A DNA stretch of 64,000 nt, from contig JBBQJW010000010.1 in NCBI GenBank assembly GCA_038326325.1, forward strand, positions 65,187-129,186. The letters are read 5' to 3'. Shown here one piece after another: positions 47,616 through 57,506 of this stretch; positions within the stretch are counted from its first letter, which is position 1, and the number at the start of each line of letters is the position of its first letter. The position numbers and the translations under genes were made by a program. The notes under the pieces were generated by a model. That model searched no databases. It was not told the origin of the DNA and saw only the letters and a list, made by a program, of their open reading frames with translations. Origin of the DNA: Chitinophagales bacterium (lineage in GTDB: Bacteria > Bacteroidota > Bacteroidia > Chitinophagales > UBA10324).

Positions 47616-48207
47616 TTTTTTTGAACAGTTGTTCTTCAGTCAACTCACATAAAATATGTCCGACCATAATATGACATTCCTGAATTCGTGGTGTATCATT
47701 CGAAGCAACATTGAGCAAGTAGTTACAGCAATCGCGCATCTTCCCTCCTTTCTCACCTGTAATTGCAATCACAATCATTCCCTGCTTTTGCGCCTGCTCC
47801 ATAGCTCGAACCACATTGACAGAGTTTCCTGAAGTTGAAATCCCTACCAGCACATCTCCTATTTTCCCTTGGGCGCGAACCATGCGCGAATAAACTTCGT
47901 CGTACGAATAATCATTCGCAACGGCGGTTAGGTATGAAGTATTTACATGCAAGGCTTCGGCGTGTAACGGTTCGCGATCGAAATAAAATCGTCCGCTTAA
48001 TTCTGCTGCGATGTGTTGAGCATCGGCAGCGCTTCCGCCGTTTCCGCAAAACAAAATTTTCCCTTTTGAGCGGAGGCATTTCACCCATTCATCAACAACT
48101 ACTGAAATTGTTTTTAATAAATTTTCATCCGACAAAAGTTTTTGTTTCACTTCAATCGAAGAACTAACTATTGACCTTATTTTTTCAATTTGCATTTCTA
48201 TATTCAA
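47608..48207 (-). CDS. gmhA: Phosphoheptose isomerase (SIS domain)
   Basis: The motifs ILFCGNGGSAADAQHIAAEL and GISTSGNS are present, and the size is about 195 aa. Confidence 0.88.
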   Translation of the reverse strand: MNIEMQIEKIRSIVSSSIEVKQKLLSDENLLKTISVVVDEWVKCLRSKGKILFCGNGGSAADAQHIAAELSGRFYFDREPLHAEALHVNTSYLTAVANDYSYDEVYSRMVRAQGKIGDVLVGISTSGNSVNVVRAMEQAQKQGMIVIAITGEKGGKMRDCCNYLLNVASNDTPRIQECHIMVGHILCELTEEQLFKKNA

Positions 48208-48239
48208 AATCTAAATTCTAAAATCATAAATCTAAAATC

Positions 48240-49265
48240 CTACTTTACTAACCAAGTCATCGCACCATTATGCGTGAACTGAAATCTGCGAAACTCACCG
48301 CCAAACTGATGCAATCTGTCAATGACTTTATAACGAGTATGTGCAGGGCACCAAAAGAACATAAAACCTCCACCACCGGCACCAGAAATTTTTCCTCCGG
48401 TTGCTCCGGTCTTCAAAGCAGTTTCATAAATCTCATCAATCATCGGATTACTGATTCCATCGGCTGTTTGCTTTTTTGATTGCCAGCCTTCATTCAACAC
48501 TTCACCAATTTCATTTAGGTTTCCCTTTAGAATTGCTTCCTTCATTCGCACCGCCTGCAATTTCAATTGGTGCATTGCCTCAATTGATTTATCATTTTTC
48601 GCATGAACATTATTCGATTGCATTTCAATAATTTTTGAACTTAACCGACTTGTACCGGTGTAATACAAAAGCAAACTGAATTGCATTTCGTTCAGGTAAT
48701 TTTCTTTTATGCGAAGTGGATTCACAATAACTTTTTCGTCGCTATAAAATTCCATCAGATTAAATCCTCCGAATGCAGCAGCATACTGATCTTGCTTTCC
48801 TCCAGCCATTGCCAAATCTTTTCGCTCAATATCAAAAGCAAGTTTCGCTAACTCATATTCTCCCAATGGAATATTCTGCCATTCAGCAAATGCAGCAAGA
48901 ATAGCAACTACCAATGAAGACGATGAACCCAAACCACTTCCGGCAGGTGCATCAACATAAGTTGACAAACGAAAACTCAACGGCTTCTTCACATAATCGC
49001 GAACAACCCGATTGTAAATTCCTTTAAGTAAATCAAGCTTTCCATCAATCGGTAATTCTGTTACACTTGAAAATTCCAGTTGTTCGTTTTTATCAATTGC
49101 GTGTAACACAATCTTTCCATCGTCAGTCGGCTCAATGGTTGCGTAAGCATACATGCTCACTGTTGCATTCAAAATAACACCACCATATAAATCGGAATAG
49201 GGACTAACATCGGTGCCACCACCTGCAAGACCGATTCGTAAAGGACTTTTACTTCTGATTAACAT
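48240..49265 (-). CDS. hddA: D-glycero-alpha-D-manno-heptose 7-phosphate kinase (GHMP kinase family)
   Basis: It has the N-terminus RSKSPLRIGLAGGGTD, GHMP motif II PAGSGLGSSSS, and the C-terminal GGKISGAGGGGF. I moved the start to the Met at 49265 (MLIRSKSPLRIG). The track ORF starts at 49298. Confidence 0.85.
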   Translation of the reverse strand: MLIRSKSPLRIGLAGGGTDVSPYSDLYGGVILNATVSMYAYATIEPTDDGKIVLHAIDKNEQLEFSSVTELPIDGKLDLLKGIYNRVVRDYVKKPLSFRLSTYVDAPAGSGLGSSSSLVVAILAAFAEWQNIPLGEYELAKLAFDIERKDLAMAGGKQDQYAAAFGGFNLMEFYSDEKVIVNPLRIKENYLNEMQFSLLLYYTGTSRLSSKIIEMQSNNVHAKNDKSIEAMHQLKLQAVRMKEAILKGNLNEIGEVLNEGWQSKKQTADGISNPMIDEIYETALKTGATGGKISGAGGGGFMFFWCPAHTRYKVIDRLHQFGGEFRRFQFTHNGAMTWLVK

Positions 49266-49366
49266 CGGGCGCGAAAATAGAACGAAACGATTTGACAACT
49301 AGAAATGGCAAGTGAAGATATTCCAACCCACTTCGTGAATAGTGAATCTGCTTATTGAGTTTCGAT

Positions 49367-50728
49367 TTACAATTTAGAAATATCGGTAGCAGTATATTTT
49401 ATTATTGAAGACCAGTTCGGAAATTGTATTGCAACAGAAGATTCATTTCCGGCAATTAAAAGTTTATAGGAATCTGGCGTGTAATATTTTTTTATCAGTT
49501 TATTTACTTCATCCAATGAAATTGTCTGTAGTGCTGCCATGTATCCTTTTCGTAATTCAGGATTGGCATATAAAATCGGGTTGAAGAAAGCTGTGATTGC
49601 AGCAGGGTCACTCATTCCCTTGATTGATTTTTCGAAATTATTTTTTGCAGTTTTTAATTGTGCCGCTGTTATTCCATTGTTATAAAAATTCTGAAGTGTT
49701 ACATCAAACAAATCCATTGTGTTTTTTGTTTCTTCTACTCTCACTTGTGTTGTAATTGAAAAAACAGGTGACCCCGAATTCGGATTGTAAGAACTTCTAA
49801 TGCCGTAAGTCTTTCCGCCCTTCTCTCTTATTTCTTTAAACAACACCTGACTGAAAACAAAATTTGCTAAACGAAATACATCGGCTTCATGCGATGTTGG
49901 TGCCGGACCAATTTTATTCCATTGCAATGCTGATTGAGTTGCGTTGCTTCGGTTTACAAATGCAATTTCCTTTTTCTTAACGGGTGTAACAGCGAAGTTC
50001 ACTCCATTTACTTCACCATAAGGAGCAGCCCACGAAGAGAAATATTTTTCGACTAACTGTTTTACCTGAGCAGCATCAAACTTTCCGCAAATAACTAATT
50101 TGGAATTTCCGGGTGTGTAGTTGAATGAATAAAACTCCTTCAGTAAAGCAGCAGTAATTTTTATTAATTGGTCTTTATAGAAATATCTTCCCATTGGATT
50201 TTCGTTTCCGTAAACCATTAAATCAGAAAACACAGAAGCCATATTTCCTATATCTAATTTTTCCAGATTATTAAAATCAACTAACTGTGAAATTTCCTGT
50301 TTTAAATCTTCATCTGGGAAAAGCGGTTTCATAATCGCTGCCGAAAAAATATCCATTCCTTTATCTAAATCCTTTGTCAGAAATTTTGCTGTAACAGTTG
50401 TGTAATTCTCGTTTGCGTTTGCACTTATTCCGGTTCCCATTCTGAATAATTCATCCTGCATGGAGTCGCGGTCATATTTTTCGCATCCGTACATCAGACT
50501 GCTAGCCACGATTTGCGAATAATATTGCTGCCCAGGAATTTCATTTTTCTGTCCGCAATTAACATAAAGAGTTACCTGTGTTGCATCTACTCCACCAAAC
50601 GGAATAATGTAAACTTTCAATCTATTCGGTAATTGAAATTGTTCAATGATGGGAAAGGTCTGTGCGAATACGCAAGTGAAAAGCGAAAAGTGAAAAGTGA
50701 AAAATATTGTTGCGACTATTTTTTTCAT
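49367..50728 (-). CDS. M16 (pitrilysin/insulinase) family peptidase-like protein lacking the HxxEH motif (non-catalytic partner)
   Basis: It has a signal peptide MKKIVATIFFTFHFSLFTCVFAQ and M16 fold-like length, but I see no HxxEH zinc motif. It lies immediately downstream of the catalytic M16 gene. The start is set at the second Met (50728). Confidence 0.75.
   Translation of the reverse strand: MKKIVATIFFTFHFSLFTCVFAQTFPIIEQFQLPNRLKVYIIPFGGVDATQVTLYVNCGQKNEIPGQQYYSQIVASSLMYGCEKYDRDSMQDELFRMGTGISANANENYTTVTAKFLTKDLDKGMDIFSAAIMKPLFPDEDLKQEISQLVDFNNLEKLDIGNMASVFSDLMVYGNENPMGRYFYKDQLIKITAALLKEFYSFNYTPGNSKLVICGKFDAAQVKQLVEKYFSSWAAPYGEVNGVNFAVTPVKKKEIAFVNRSNATQSALQWNKIGPAPTSHEADVFRLANFVFSQVLFKEIREKGGKTYGIRSSYNPNSGSPVFSITTQVRVEETKNTMDLFDVTLQNFYNNGITAAQLKTAKNNFEKSIKGMSDPAAITAFFNPILYANPELRKGYMAALQTISLDEVNKLIKKYYTPDSYKLLIAGNESSVAIQFPNWSSIIKYTATDISKL
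50675..50702. repeat. Four tandem heptamers GTGAAAA GCGAAAA GTGAAAA GTGAAAA inside the signal-peptide codons of the 49367-50728 gene
   Basis: I read this directly from the sequence. On the coding (minus) strand it is (TTTTCAC)n, translated as FTFHFSLFT. Confidence 0.85.
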
Positions 50729-50781
50729 TTGAATTGTGAATTTCAATTGTTAGAAATTTATTTCATTACCAAATTACCAAA

Positions 50782-52107
50782 TCAAAATGTTGGTTTGATG
50801 TTTATGACTTGAAATTTTTCGGGATTAAAATATTTCATAGCTGTTTGCTGCAATTGTTCGGGAGTAATTTTTTCCATTGACGAAATCGCCAAATCGTATT
50901 TATTGTAATCACCAAAATACATTTCGGCAATACCTAATTCGTTGGCAATACTGAAATCATCGTACAAACTTAAAATCCGTTGTGCCTTCATACTAGAAAT
51001 ATAATCTTTCAATAAATTTTCATCAATGCCTTCGTCAATGATGGATTGAATTTCAGCATTGATAGTTTTTTTCACGCGCACATTTCCTGGTGCCGCCTGC
51101 ATAATGAAATAAATTTCGCAGTAGTTGGTGTACATACTCCAGTCATCACTCACTTCAGAAATCTGATATGCAGCCTGCATTTCATCAACAATCTTTTTAC
51201 TGAAAACAGAATTTGCATTCGTAAACAAAATATCTTTCAGCAAAAGGAAACTGAAAAAGTCGGCATCTGTTACAGCAGGTTTCGGAATAATGTAACCATA
51301 AATCTGCACAGGAAAATCAACTGAGTATTCATACTGCCGCAACGAATCAGAAAAAATATTCGGCACTTTGTAAACATCACGGGCAGGGACCTGTTTTTTT
51401 ATTCCTCCGAAAATTTTATCTGCTAAAGAAAATACATCAGCGCTTTTCACATCACCAACTACAACGAGAAAACAATTATTCGGGCTGTAATACTTATCGT
51501 AAAAATCCTGACACTGCTTTGTTGTGAATGCAAGTATCTGTGGTAAGTAACCAATCACATCTACTCTATATGGATGACCATCGGGATACAAATGATCATA
51601 TACATCGTCGTGCATTCGCTGAAACCAATTGTTTTGTCCATTGCGCAATTCCTCTCCTACAACCTGTCTCTCTACATCCAAAGTATTTTGACTTAAAACT
51701 AAATTCTCCATTCTATCTGCCTCCATTTTCAAAACCATTTCTAATTTTTCAGTTGGAATTGTTTCGTGATAAACTGTTTTATCAAACGAAGTATAAGCAT
51801 TCACATTTGCTCCGATAGCTTCCATGCTATCAATGAACACATCGCCTTCGCCCATGTAATTTTTCGATCCACGAAACATCATGTGCTCGAACATGTGCGC
51901 CATACCGCGAATGCCATCTACTTCATCTTTGCTTCCCGTCTTATACCACAGTTGCACTTCGGTCATTGTGCCTCTGGGTTTTTCACATACAATTATTTTC
52001 AATCCATTGCTCAGTGTTTTTGAGTAAGTGGGATAATCGTAAGCGAGAGCGCCGGTGAAAAGTGAAAGGTGAAAAGTGAAGGTGAGTGCGATTAGAATTT
52101 TTTTCAT
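50782..52107 (-). CDS. M16 family zinc metallopeptidase (catalytic subunit)
   Basis: It has a signal peptide. The inverted zinc motif HMFEHMMFRGS (HxxEH) is present, with downstream Glu residues. Confidence 0.88.
   Translation of the reverse strand: MKKILIALTFTFHLSLFTGALAYDYPTYSKTLSNGLKIIVCEKPRGTMTEVQLWYKTGSKDEVDGIRGMAHMFEHMMFRGSKNYMGEGDVFIDSMEAIGANVNAYTSFDKTVYHETIPTEKLEMVLKMEADRMENLVLSQNTLDVERQVVGEELRNGQNNWFQRMHDDVYDHLYPDGHPYRVDVIGYLPQILAFTTKQCQDFYDKYYSPNNCFLVVVGDVKSADVFSLADKIFGGIKKQVPARDVYKVPNIFSDSLRQYEYSVDFPVQIYGYIIPKPAVTDADFFSFLLLKDILFTNANSVFSKKIVDEMQAAYQISEVSDDWSMYTNYCEIYFIMQAAPGNVRVKKTINAEIQSIIDEGIDENLLKDYISSMKAQRILSLYDDFSIANELGIAEMYFGDYNKYDLAISSMEKITPEQLQQTAMKYFNPEKFQVINIKPTF
52055..52085. 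repeat. Degenerate tandem heptamer tract GTGAAAA GTGAAAG GTGAAAA GTGAAGG TGA inside the signal-peptide codons of the 50782-52107 gene
   Basis: I read this directly from the sequence. It is translated on the minus strand as TFTFHLSLFT. Confidence 0.8.
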
Positions 52108-52223
52108 TTTGATAATTCAGATTTCAAAGAAAAGAAAATAAATGAAAATCAAAATTCAAATGAAAAACCAGTCAGAAAATAAATCTGAGGTCAATTAGAC
52201 AAAAAAAATCAAACTATAAAACT

Positions 52224-54209
52224 TTAACGAAGCAAAGTCAGATTACCCTGTAACACTTTAACGATTCCATACACATTATCCTTGTATCGAATTGTATAGA
52301 TATAAACCCCAACAGTACAAGGAGAATCGTTGTATCTGCCATCCCAGTTAATATCACCATTTGCGTAAGTAAAAACCTGCTGACCCCAACGATTATAAAT
52401 ATCATATTGTAACAGTGTGGCATTTCCAATTCTGATTGGAAAAATAAAATCATTCTTTCCATCCCTATTCGGTGAAAAAGCATTCGGCATAATGTATTCG
52501 CCAGGGCATTGAGTTATGTTTATTGAATCAACAGCGCTGCCGCAATTGTTATTTACATCAACCCAGTATTTCCCGGCTTTCGGTATGTTGATAAAAATAG
52601 TCGTATCACCTGTTGACCATAAAAAATGTGTAGCGTTTGTATTTGCAAAAATGAAATAGCCTTCCGGCAAACAAAGCATTGTGTCGTTAGGAAGTGTTAC
52701 ATATGGAAGCGGTGTTGCATCAATAACAACTGTATCTCTATCCGCTCCGCAATAATTGCTGACGGCAACTGTTATAATTCCGGGATTGTTAAAAGTAACC
52801 TGAGGTGTAACAGAATTATCTGACCATAAATAATAACAGCCAACACAATTCACATTATAATTCATCGTAAAGTCACCGCAGAAAGAAGTATCGTTTCCCA
52901 ATGAAATTTGTGGTGATGATGCTTCAAGTATATGAATGGAATCGGCAAGTGTTCCGCAAATATTTGTCACCTGAACCAAGTAAGTTCCGGTTTGAGTAAC
53001 TGTAACGGTTTGAGTGGTTGCACCTGTTGACCATAAATAAGCGCTTCCTGCATTTGCAGCATTTAAGGTTAGTGAACTTCCGTTGCAAAGTGTTGTGTCA
53101 TTTCCAAGATTCAGCGAACCGCCTAAAGCAAATGTCACATCTATTGAATCAATTGAATAACAAATTCCACTTGTAACTGTTACAGCATAAGTTCCAGTTG
53201 TGTTAACTGAAATAGTTTGCGTGTTTGCTCCGGAGCTCCATGAATAAGACAATCCCGAATTTTGTGCATCAAGTGTTAATGGCTGTGCATTACAAATGAG
53301 CGTATCGTTTCCAAGATTAACAATTGGATAAGCATTGACTGTTACATTATTGGTCATAGTATCGCTTGTTCCGTTTGTGTAGTTTAGAATCAATTGAACA
53401 TTGAAATTTCCGGAAGAAGAAAATAAATGAGAGGGGTTTAAAAGTGTAGAAGTGTTTTGCGCTCCACTTGCCGCATCACCGAAATTCCATAATGAGGAAT
53501 TTAATCCTGTTACACCTGCAGGTGCAGTGAAATGTGTTGAATCGCCAAAGCAATCAGTAGTGAATGTGAATGAACTTGTTGTTGCTACAAAATTGAAATT
53601 ATCGACATGAATATATTCAGGGCAGTTAGCGCATCCTGTACACATAGCAACAAAATCAATATTAGCAGGCGCGGTAAAATCAACCTGAAACTGTTGCCAC
53701 AAATCGTTAGTTACCATAGTAGATGAACCAAGCAAAAAAGAACCGGGGAATGTACTCGGACAAACACCTACCGATGAACCACCACTTACAGGATTCCCAA
53801 CCCAACCATAAAATTCAACCCCAGAACAGTTTTGACTATAAAATCCTGAAGGAGATTTCTTTGCCCAGAAGGTTATTGAGTAGCTTGTACCGGTAACAAG
53901 TGGGGCAACTAAAGTTTGACCAACTGATTCTGATGCATTCGATGAACCATAAGTTGCAAACCCCATATATCCAGTTCCGCTTTCTGCGCCAATAATAGTT
54001 TGACCTGACCAGCCAGTAAATAAACAGTTCATATAGTCAGCACTCTGCACCACTTCAATCCAATCGGTTGCTAATGCGCACTGACTATTCATTGTTGGGC
54101 ACGAAGAGTATAATTCGAAATCAGGATTACTGAATAAGTTTTGTGCAGACAATTTATTTCCAACAAAAAACAGATTGAGGAAAAGAAAGCAGAAAATAAT
54201 TTTTTTCAT
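52224..54209 (-). CDS. Secreted protein with a PKD domain, repeated Ig-like modules and a T9SS type-B sorting domain
   Basis: It has a signal peptide. A PKD-like segment (WNFGD....NP.H.F...G.F.V.L) is present, followed by repeated LG.DT..C......L.A....YLWS.G..TQ.. modules. The C-terminus is MPNAFSPNRDGKNDFIFPI......YDIYNRWGQQVF......WDG.....C..GVYIY. Confidence 0.85.
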   Translation of the reverse strand: MKKIIFCFLFLNLFFVGNKLSAQNLFSNPDFELYSSCPTMNSQCALATDWIEVVQSADYMNCLFTGWSGQTIIGAESGTGYMGFATYGSSNASESVGQTLVAPLVTGTSYSITFWAKKSPSGFYSQNCSGVEFYGWVGNPVSGGSSVGVCPSTFPGSFLLGSSTMVTNDLWQQFQVDFTAPANIDFVAMCTGCANCPEYIHVDNFNFVATTSSFTFTTDCFGDSTHFTAPAGVTGLNSSLWNFGDAASGAQNTSTLLNPSHLFSSSGNFNVQLILNYTNGTSDTMTNNVTVNAYPIVNLGNDTLICNAQPLTLDAQNSGLSYSWSSGANTQTISVNTTGTYAVTVTSGICYSIDSIDVTFALGGSLNLGNDTTLCNGSSLTLNAANAGSAYLWSTGATTQTVTVTQTGTYLVQVTNICGTLADSIHILEASSPQISLGNDTSFCGDFTMNYNVNCVGCYYLWSDNSVTPQVTFNNPGIITVAVSNYCGADRDTVVIDATPLPYVTLPNDTMLCLPEGYFIFANTNATHFLWSTGDTTIFINIPKAGKYWVDVNNNCGSAVDSINITQCPGEYIMPNAFSPNRDGKNDFIFPIRIGNATLLQYDIYNRWGQQVFTYANGDINWDGRYNDSPCTVGVYIYTIRYKDNVYGIVKVLQGNLTLLR

Positions 54210-54338
54210 TTGTTAATTATTTCAAGGATGAAAATTTTCAGAGTATAAAAGTAAATTAATGAGCTGTGTCTTTTTTACTTAGTTCATTCTTTTCTTACTC
54301 AATCGAAAAAAATACATGGCGATTAAATTTTCATCTCA

Positions 54339-54959
54339 TCAAATTCCTCTCATATATTCTTTAGCATCTGGACCTAAACAAAAAAGTAAGTCAATTGCAC
54401 TCATGTTTTTCTCAAAGCCGAATTTATTTTCAAATACCTGGTGATATTTTTTCTCAGATTCAATATTAAGTTCCATTGAAGAATTTTCTTCTTCTGAAAT
54501 TACAATTGAAATTTTCGGAATCAGCTGCTCTTTCAACCATTTTATTAGTGTTACACTTAAGTCAAAAAAATCACTATCAGAGTTCAGCAAAATATTTTCT
54601 AACTCATCCTTGTAATAGAGAAAGTATGGCGACTTGCCATAAGCCGATTGAATTGCATGAAGGTGTTTTCGTTTCCAATCATTATTCGCAATTTTCAAAT
54701 CACTGAATTTTATTTTTTGGTTTCTACCACCTGCTAATGGAACACTTAAGTTAATTATTCCATTTGCTGTCGGAATGGTGTAACGGTTTGGGTGATTTTC
54801 CTTTCTGTAAAATTCATTTGAGATAATAATCAATTCATTTTTATGCGCAGCATTTGCAAACCAATTAACAGATGGCAGAAGTTTCAATGGCAGGCAAACA
54901 GCATTTTCATTTATCATGGAATTGTCAGAAGTGCTTTTGAATTTTTGTTCGTGAAGCAA
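54339..54959 (-). CDS. WbqC-like family protein
   Basis: LP..LLPSVNWFA......LIIISNEFYRK....NRY.I..ANG...LSVPL and SAYGKSPYF fit the WbqC family from memory. An alternative start is the Met at 54917. Confidence 0.7.
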   Translation of the reverse strand: MLHEQKFKSTSDNSMINENAVCLPLKLLPSVNWFANAAHKNELIIISNEFYRKENHPNRYTIPTANGIINLSVPLAGGRNQKIKFSDLKIANNDWKRKHLHAIQSAYGKSPYFLYYKDELENILLNSDSDFFDLSVTLIKWLKEQLIPKISIVISEEENSSMELNIESEKKYHQVFENKFGFEKNMSAIDLLFCLGPDAKEYMRGI

Positions 54960-54976
54960 AGTCGTAAATTTATTCC

Positions 54977-56434
54977 GTGAAAAAAATATTCCTTCTTTCT
55001 CCGCTTTTGCTTTTGTTTTTCAATGCATCTGCAACAAACATAAATGCCTATATGCGCAATTGCGTTTTTCGTTCATTAAGCGACACTGCTTATGTTGAAA
55101 CGCAATTTACAATTCCGGCAAAAAATCTTTTGTTCGTTAAGCGCGAAGACAAAAAATGGGAAGCAACTGTTCAGGTTACTTTATTTTATATGCATGATAC
55201 AACTGTAGTAAAACATTTGAAATATCTTTTGTTTAGCGAAGCAATTGCCGACACAAGTAATTTAAAATTCAATCTCAGTGATTTAAAAAGAGTGAGCCTG
55301 CCAAATGGAGATTACTCGGTAGAAATTTATTTTCAAGACGACAACAACAAAGAATCAAAGGGATATATCTCTGAGGGTATCACTATCAATTACAAAACCG
55401 ACTCACTTTCTTTTTCCGATATTGAATTGGTGGATTCATATTCTGAAGCAAAAGAAAAATCCATTTTCGCAAAACATGGTTACGAAATTCAACCTTATAC
55501 GATTGAATATTTTCCGACTGCTTTAGCGAAGATGACTTTCTATACTGAGATTTATCACACTGATAAATATTTTAATCAGGATAATTTTTTGTCAAGCATT
55601 TACATCCGCGAAAGTTTGCTGGGTAAGCCAATGGATGGTTTCATTTTCAGTTCCAAACAATCACCTGAGCCGCTCAAGGTTTTATTTTCTTCATTCGATA
55701 TTTCTTCTTTGCCAACAGGTTCGTATTATTTGACAATAGAACTCCGTAACAAAAAAAACGAACATGTGGCTGAGCAGAATTTATATTTCCTTCGAACTAA
55801 CACCACTATTGTTTTTAACCCGAAGCAACTGGATAGTGTAACAGTTGAAAAAGAATTTGCTGCTGCCTTGCCTCAGGACTCACTGAATTTTTACATTCAA
55901 AGCCTTTTCCCGATTGCGGATAATGAGGAACACAATTACATTGACTACTTTAAAAAATCAACTGATTATACCTCTATGCGCGCAATGCTTTTTAAATTCT
56001 GGATAAAACGAAATCCGCAGGCGCCGTTAGCTGAATGGAATAAATACAAGCAATTGGTTTATGAGGCAGAAGATAATTTTCGAACACAGGTTAAACCGGG
56101 TTATGCAACCGACCGCGGAAGAGTTTATCTGCAATACGGCGCTCCTGATGACATCAATGAAAATTCACATGAACCCGGAACATATCCTTACGAAATATGG
56201 CACTACTACTTTATAAAACCTAATCAATCAGATGTGCATTTTGTTTTTTATAATCCTGATTTGGTTTCGAATAATTATAAACTGTTACACTCCGATGCAA
56301 TTGGCGAGCAAAAAAATCCGCGTTGGAAATTTGTTTTGAACGATGCGTTTAAAAATAAAACCGGAGTTAATAATTCTGATGCAACTGAATTTCCTGATTC
56401 TTTTGGTTCGCATGTAGATGACTTTATGAAGTAG
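54977..56434 (+). CDS. GWxTD domain-containing secreted protein
   Basis: It has a GTG start and a signal peptide. The C-terminal region is W..........GYATDRGRVYLQYGAPD......PYEIWHY, typical of the GWxTD domain (here GYATD). Confidence 0.78.
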   Translation: MKKIFLLSPLLLLFFNASATNINAYMRNCVFRSLSDTAYVETQFTIPAKNLLFVKREDKKWEATVQVTLFYMHDTTVVKHLKYLLFSEAIADTSNLKFNLSDLKRVSLPNGDYSVEIYFQDDNNKESKGYISEGITINYKTDSLSFSDIELVDSYSEAKEKSIFAKHGYEIQPYTIEYFPTALAKMTFYTEIYHTDKYFNQDNFLSSIYIRESLLGKPMDGFIFSSKQSPEPLKVLFSSFDISSLPTGSYYLTIELRNKKNEHVAEQNLYFLRTNTTIVFNPKQLDSVTVEKEFAAALPQDSLNFYIQSLFPIADNEEHNYIDYFKKSTDYTSMRAMLFKFWIKRNPQAPLAEWNKYKQLVYEAEDNFRTQVKPGYATDRGRVYLQYGAPDDINENSHEPGTYPYEIWHYYFIKPNQSDVHFVFYNPDLVSNNYKLLHSDAIGEQKNPRWKFVLNDAFKNKTGVNNSDATEFPDSFGSHVDDFMK

Positions 56435-56477
56435 GTTTCAATTGCGATTTTATATTTAGCCCATTCGATATTGCTGA

Positions 56478-57506
56478 ATGACCCAAACCGATGTTGCTGT
56501 AATTATTTTAAGCTGGAACGGAAGAATTTTTTTAGAAAAATTTCTTCCTTCGGTGGTCGCCCATACACCTTCTACAGTTGCTCGAATTATTGTTGCCGAT
56601 AACGGAAGCACTGATGATTCAGAAGAAATTGTAAAACGATTTTCTGGAGTGGAATGGCTGCCACTTAATAATAATTTCGGTTTTGCGGAAGGTTATAATC
56701 AAGCAATAGCGAAGACCGAAGCTAAATGGATTGTATTGCTGAATCAGGATGTGGAAGTGAGCGATGGTTGGTTGCAATCATTATTAAATTTTACTGTTAC
56801 ACATCCGAACCTCGGTGCGTGTCAACCGAAAATACTTTCGCTTAATCAGCCCTCGCGTTTTGAATATGCCGGTGCAGCAGGTGGATTTTTAGATAAGTAT
56901 GCTTACCCGTTTTGTCGAGGACGAATTTTTGATTCACTTGAAGAAGACAAAGGTCAGTACGATAATGAGATTGAAATTGCTTGGGCAAGCGGCGCGTGCA
57001 TGCTGGTACGAAAAGATGCCTATATAAATGCCGGAGGATTGGATGCTGAATTTTTCGCGCATATGGAAGAAATTGATTTATGCTGGCGAATGAAGAATAT
57101 GGGAATGGAAGTGTGGTATGCGCCTGATTCAAAAATTTATCATCTTGGTGGAGGTAGCTTGCCCCAGGGTAATCCGCAAAAAACTTATCTCAACTTCCGT
57201 AACAGTTTAATGATGTTGTATAAAAACCTGCCGACACATAAACGGAGCAGAATTATTTTCTCACGAATACTGATTGACCACATTGCCGCTTATCGAGCGC
57301 TTTTCACTGGTAACACGAAAGAATATAAAGCGATTGCAAAAGCGCATTATCATTTTCTGTTCAAATCAAAAGAGTGGAAGAAAAAGCAAAACCAACCTGT
57401 AACATCCGACTATTTAAAATTATCAGGATTTTATAACAGAAGTATTGTATGGCAATATTTTGTTAAGAAGAAAAAATATTTTTCGGAGTTGCGTTTCAGG
57501 AAATAA
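56478..57506 (+). CDS. Glycosyltransferase family 2
   Basis: VIILSWNG, VADNGSTDDS and LLNQDVEV (DxD-like), together with the size and topology, fit GT2 rhamnosyltransferase-like enzymes. Confidence 0.85.
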   Translation: MTQTDVAVIILSWNGRIFLEKFLPSVVAHTPSTVARIIVADNGSTDDSEEIVKRFSGVEWLPLNNNFGFAEGYNQAIAKTEAKWIVLLNQDVEVSDGWLQSLLNFTVTHPNLGACQPKILSLNQPSRFEYAGAAGGFLDKYAYPFCRGRIFDSLEEDKGQYDNEIEIAWASGACMLVRKDAYINAGGLDAEFFAHMEEIDLCWRMKNMGMEVWYAPDSKIYHLGGGSLPQGNPQKTYLNFRNSLMMLYKNLPTHKRSRIIFSRILIDHIAAYRALFTGNTKEYKAIAKAHYHFLFKSKEWKKKQNQPVTSDYLKLSGFYNRSIVWQYFVKKKKYFSELRFRK

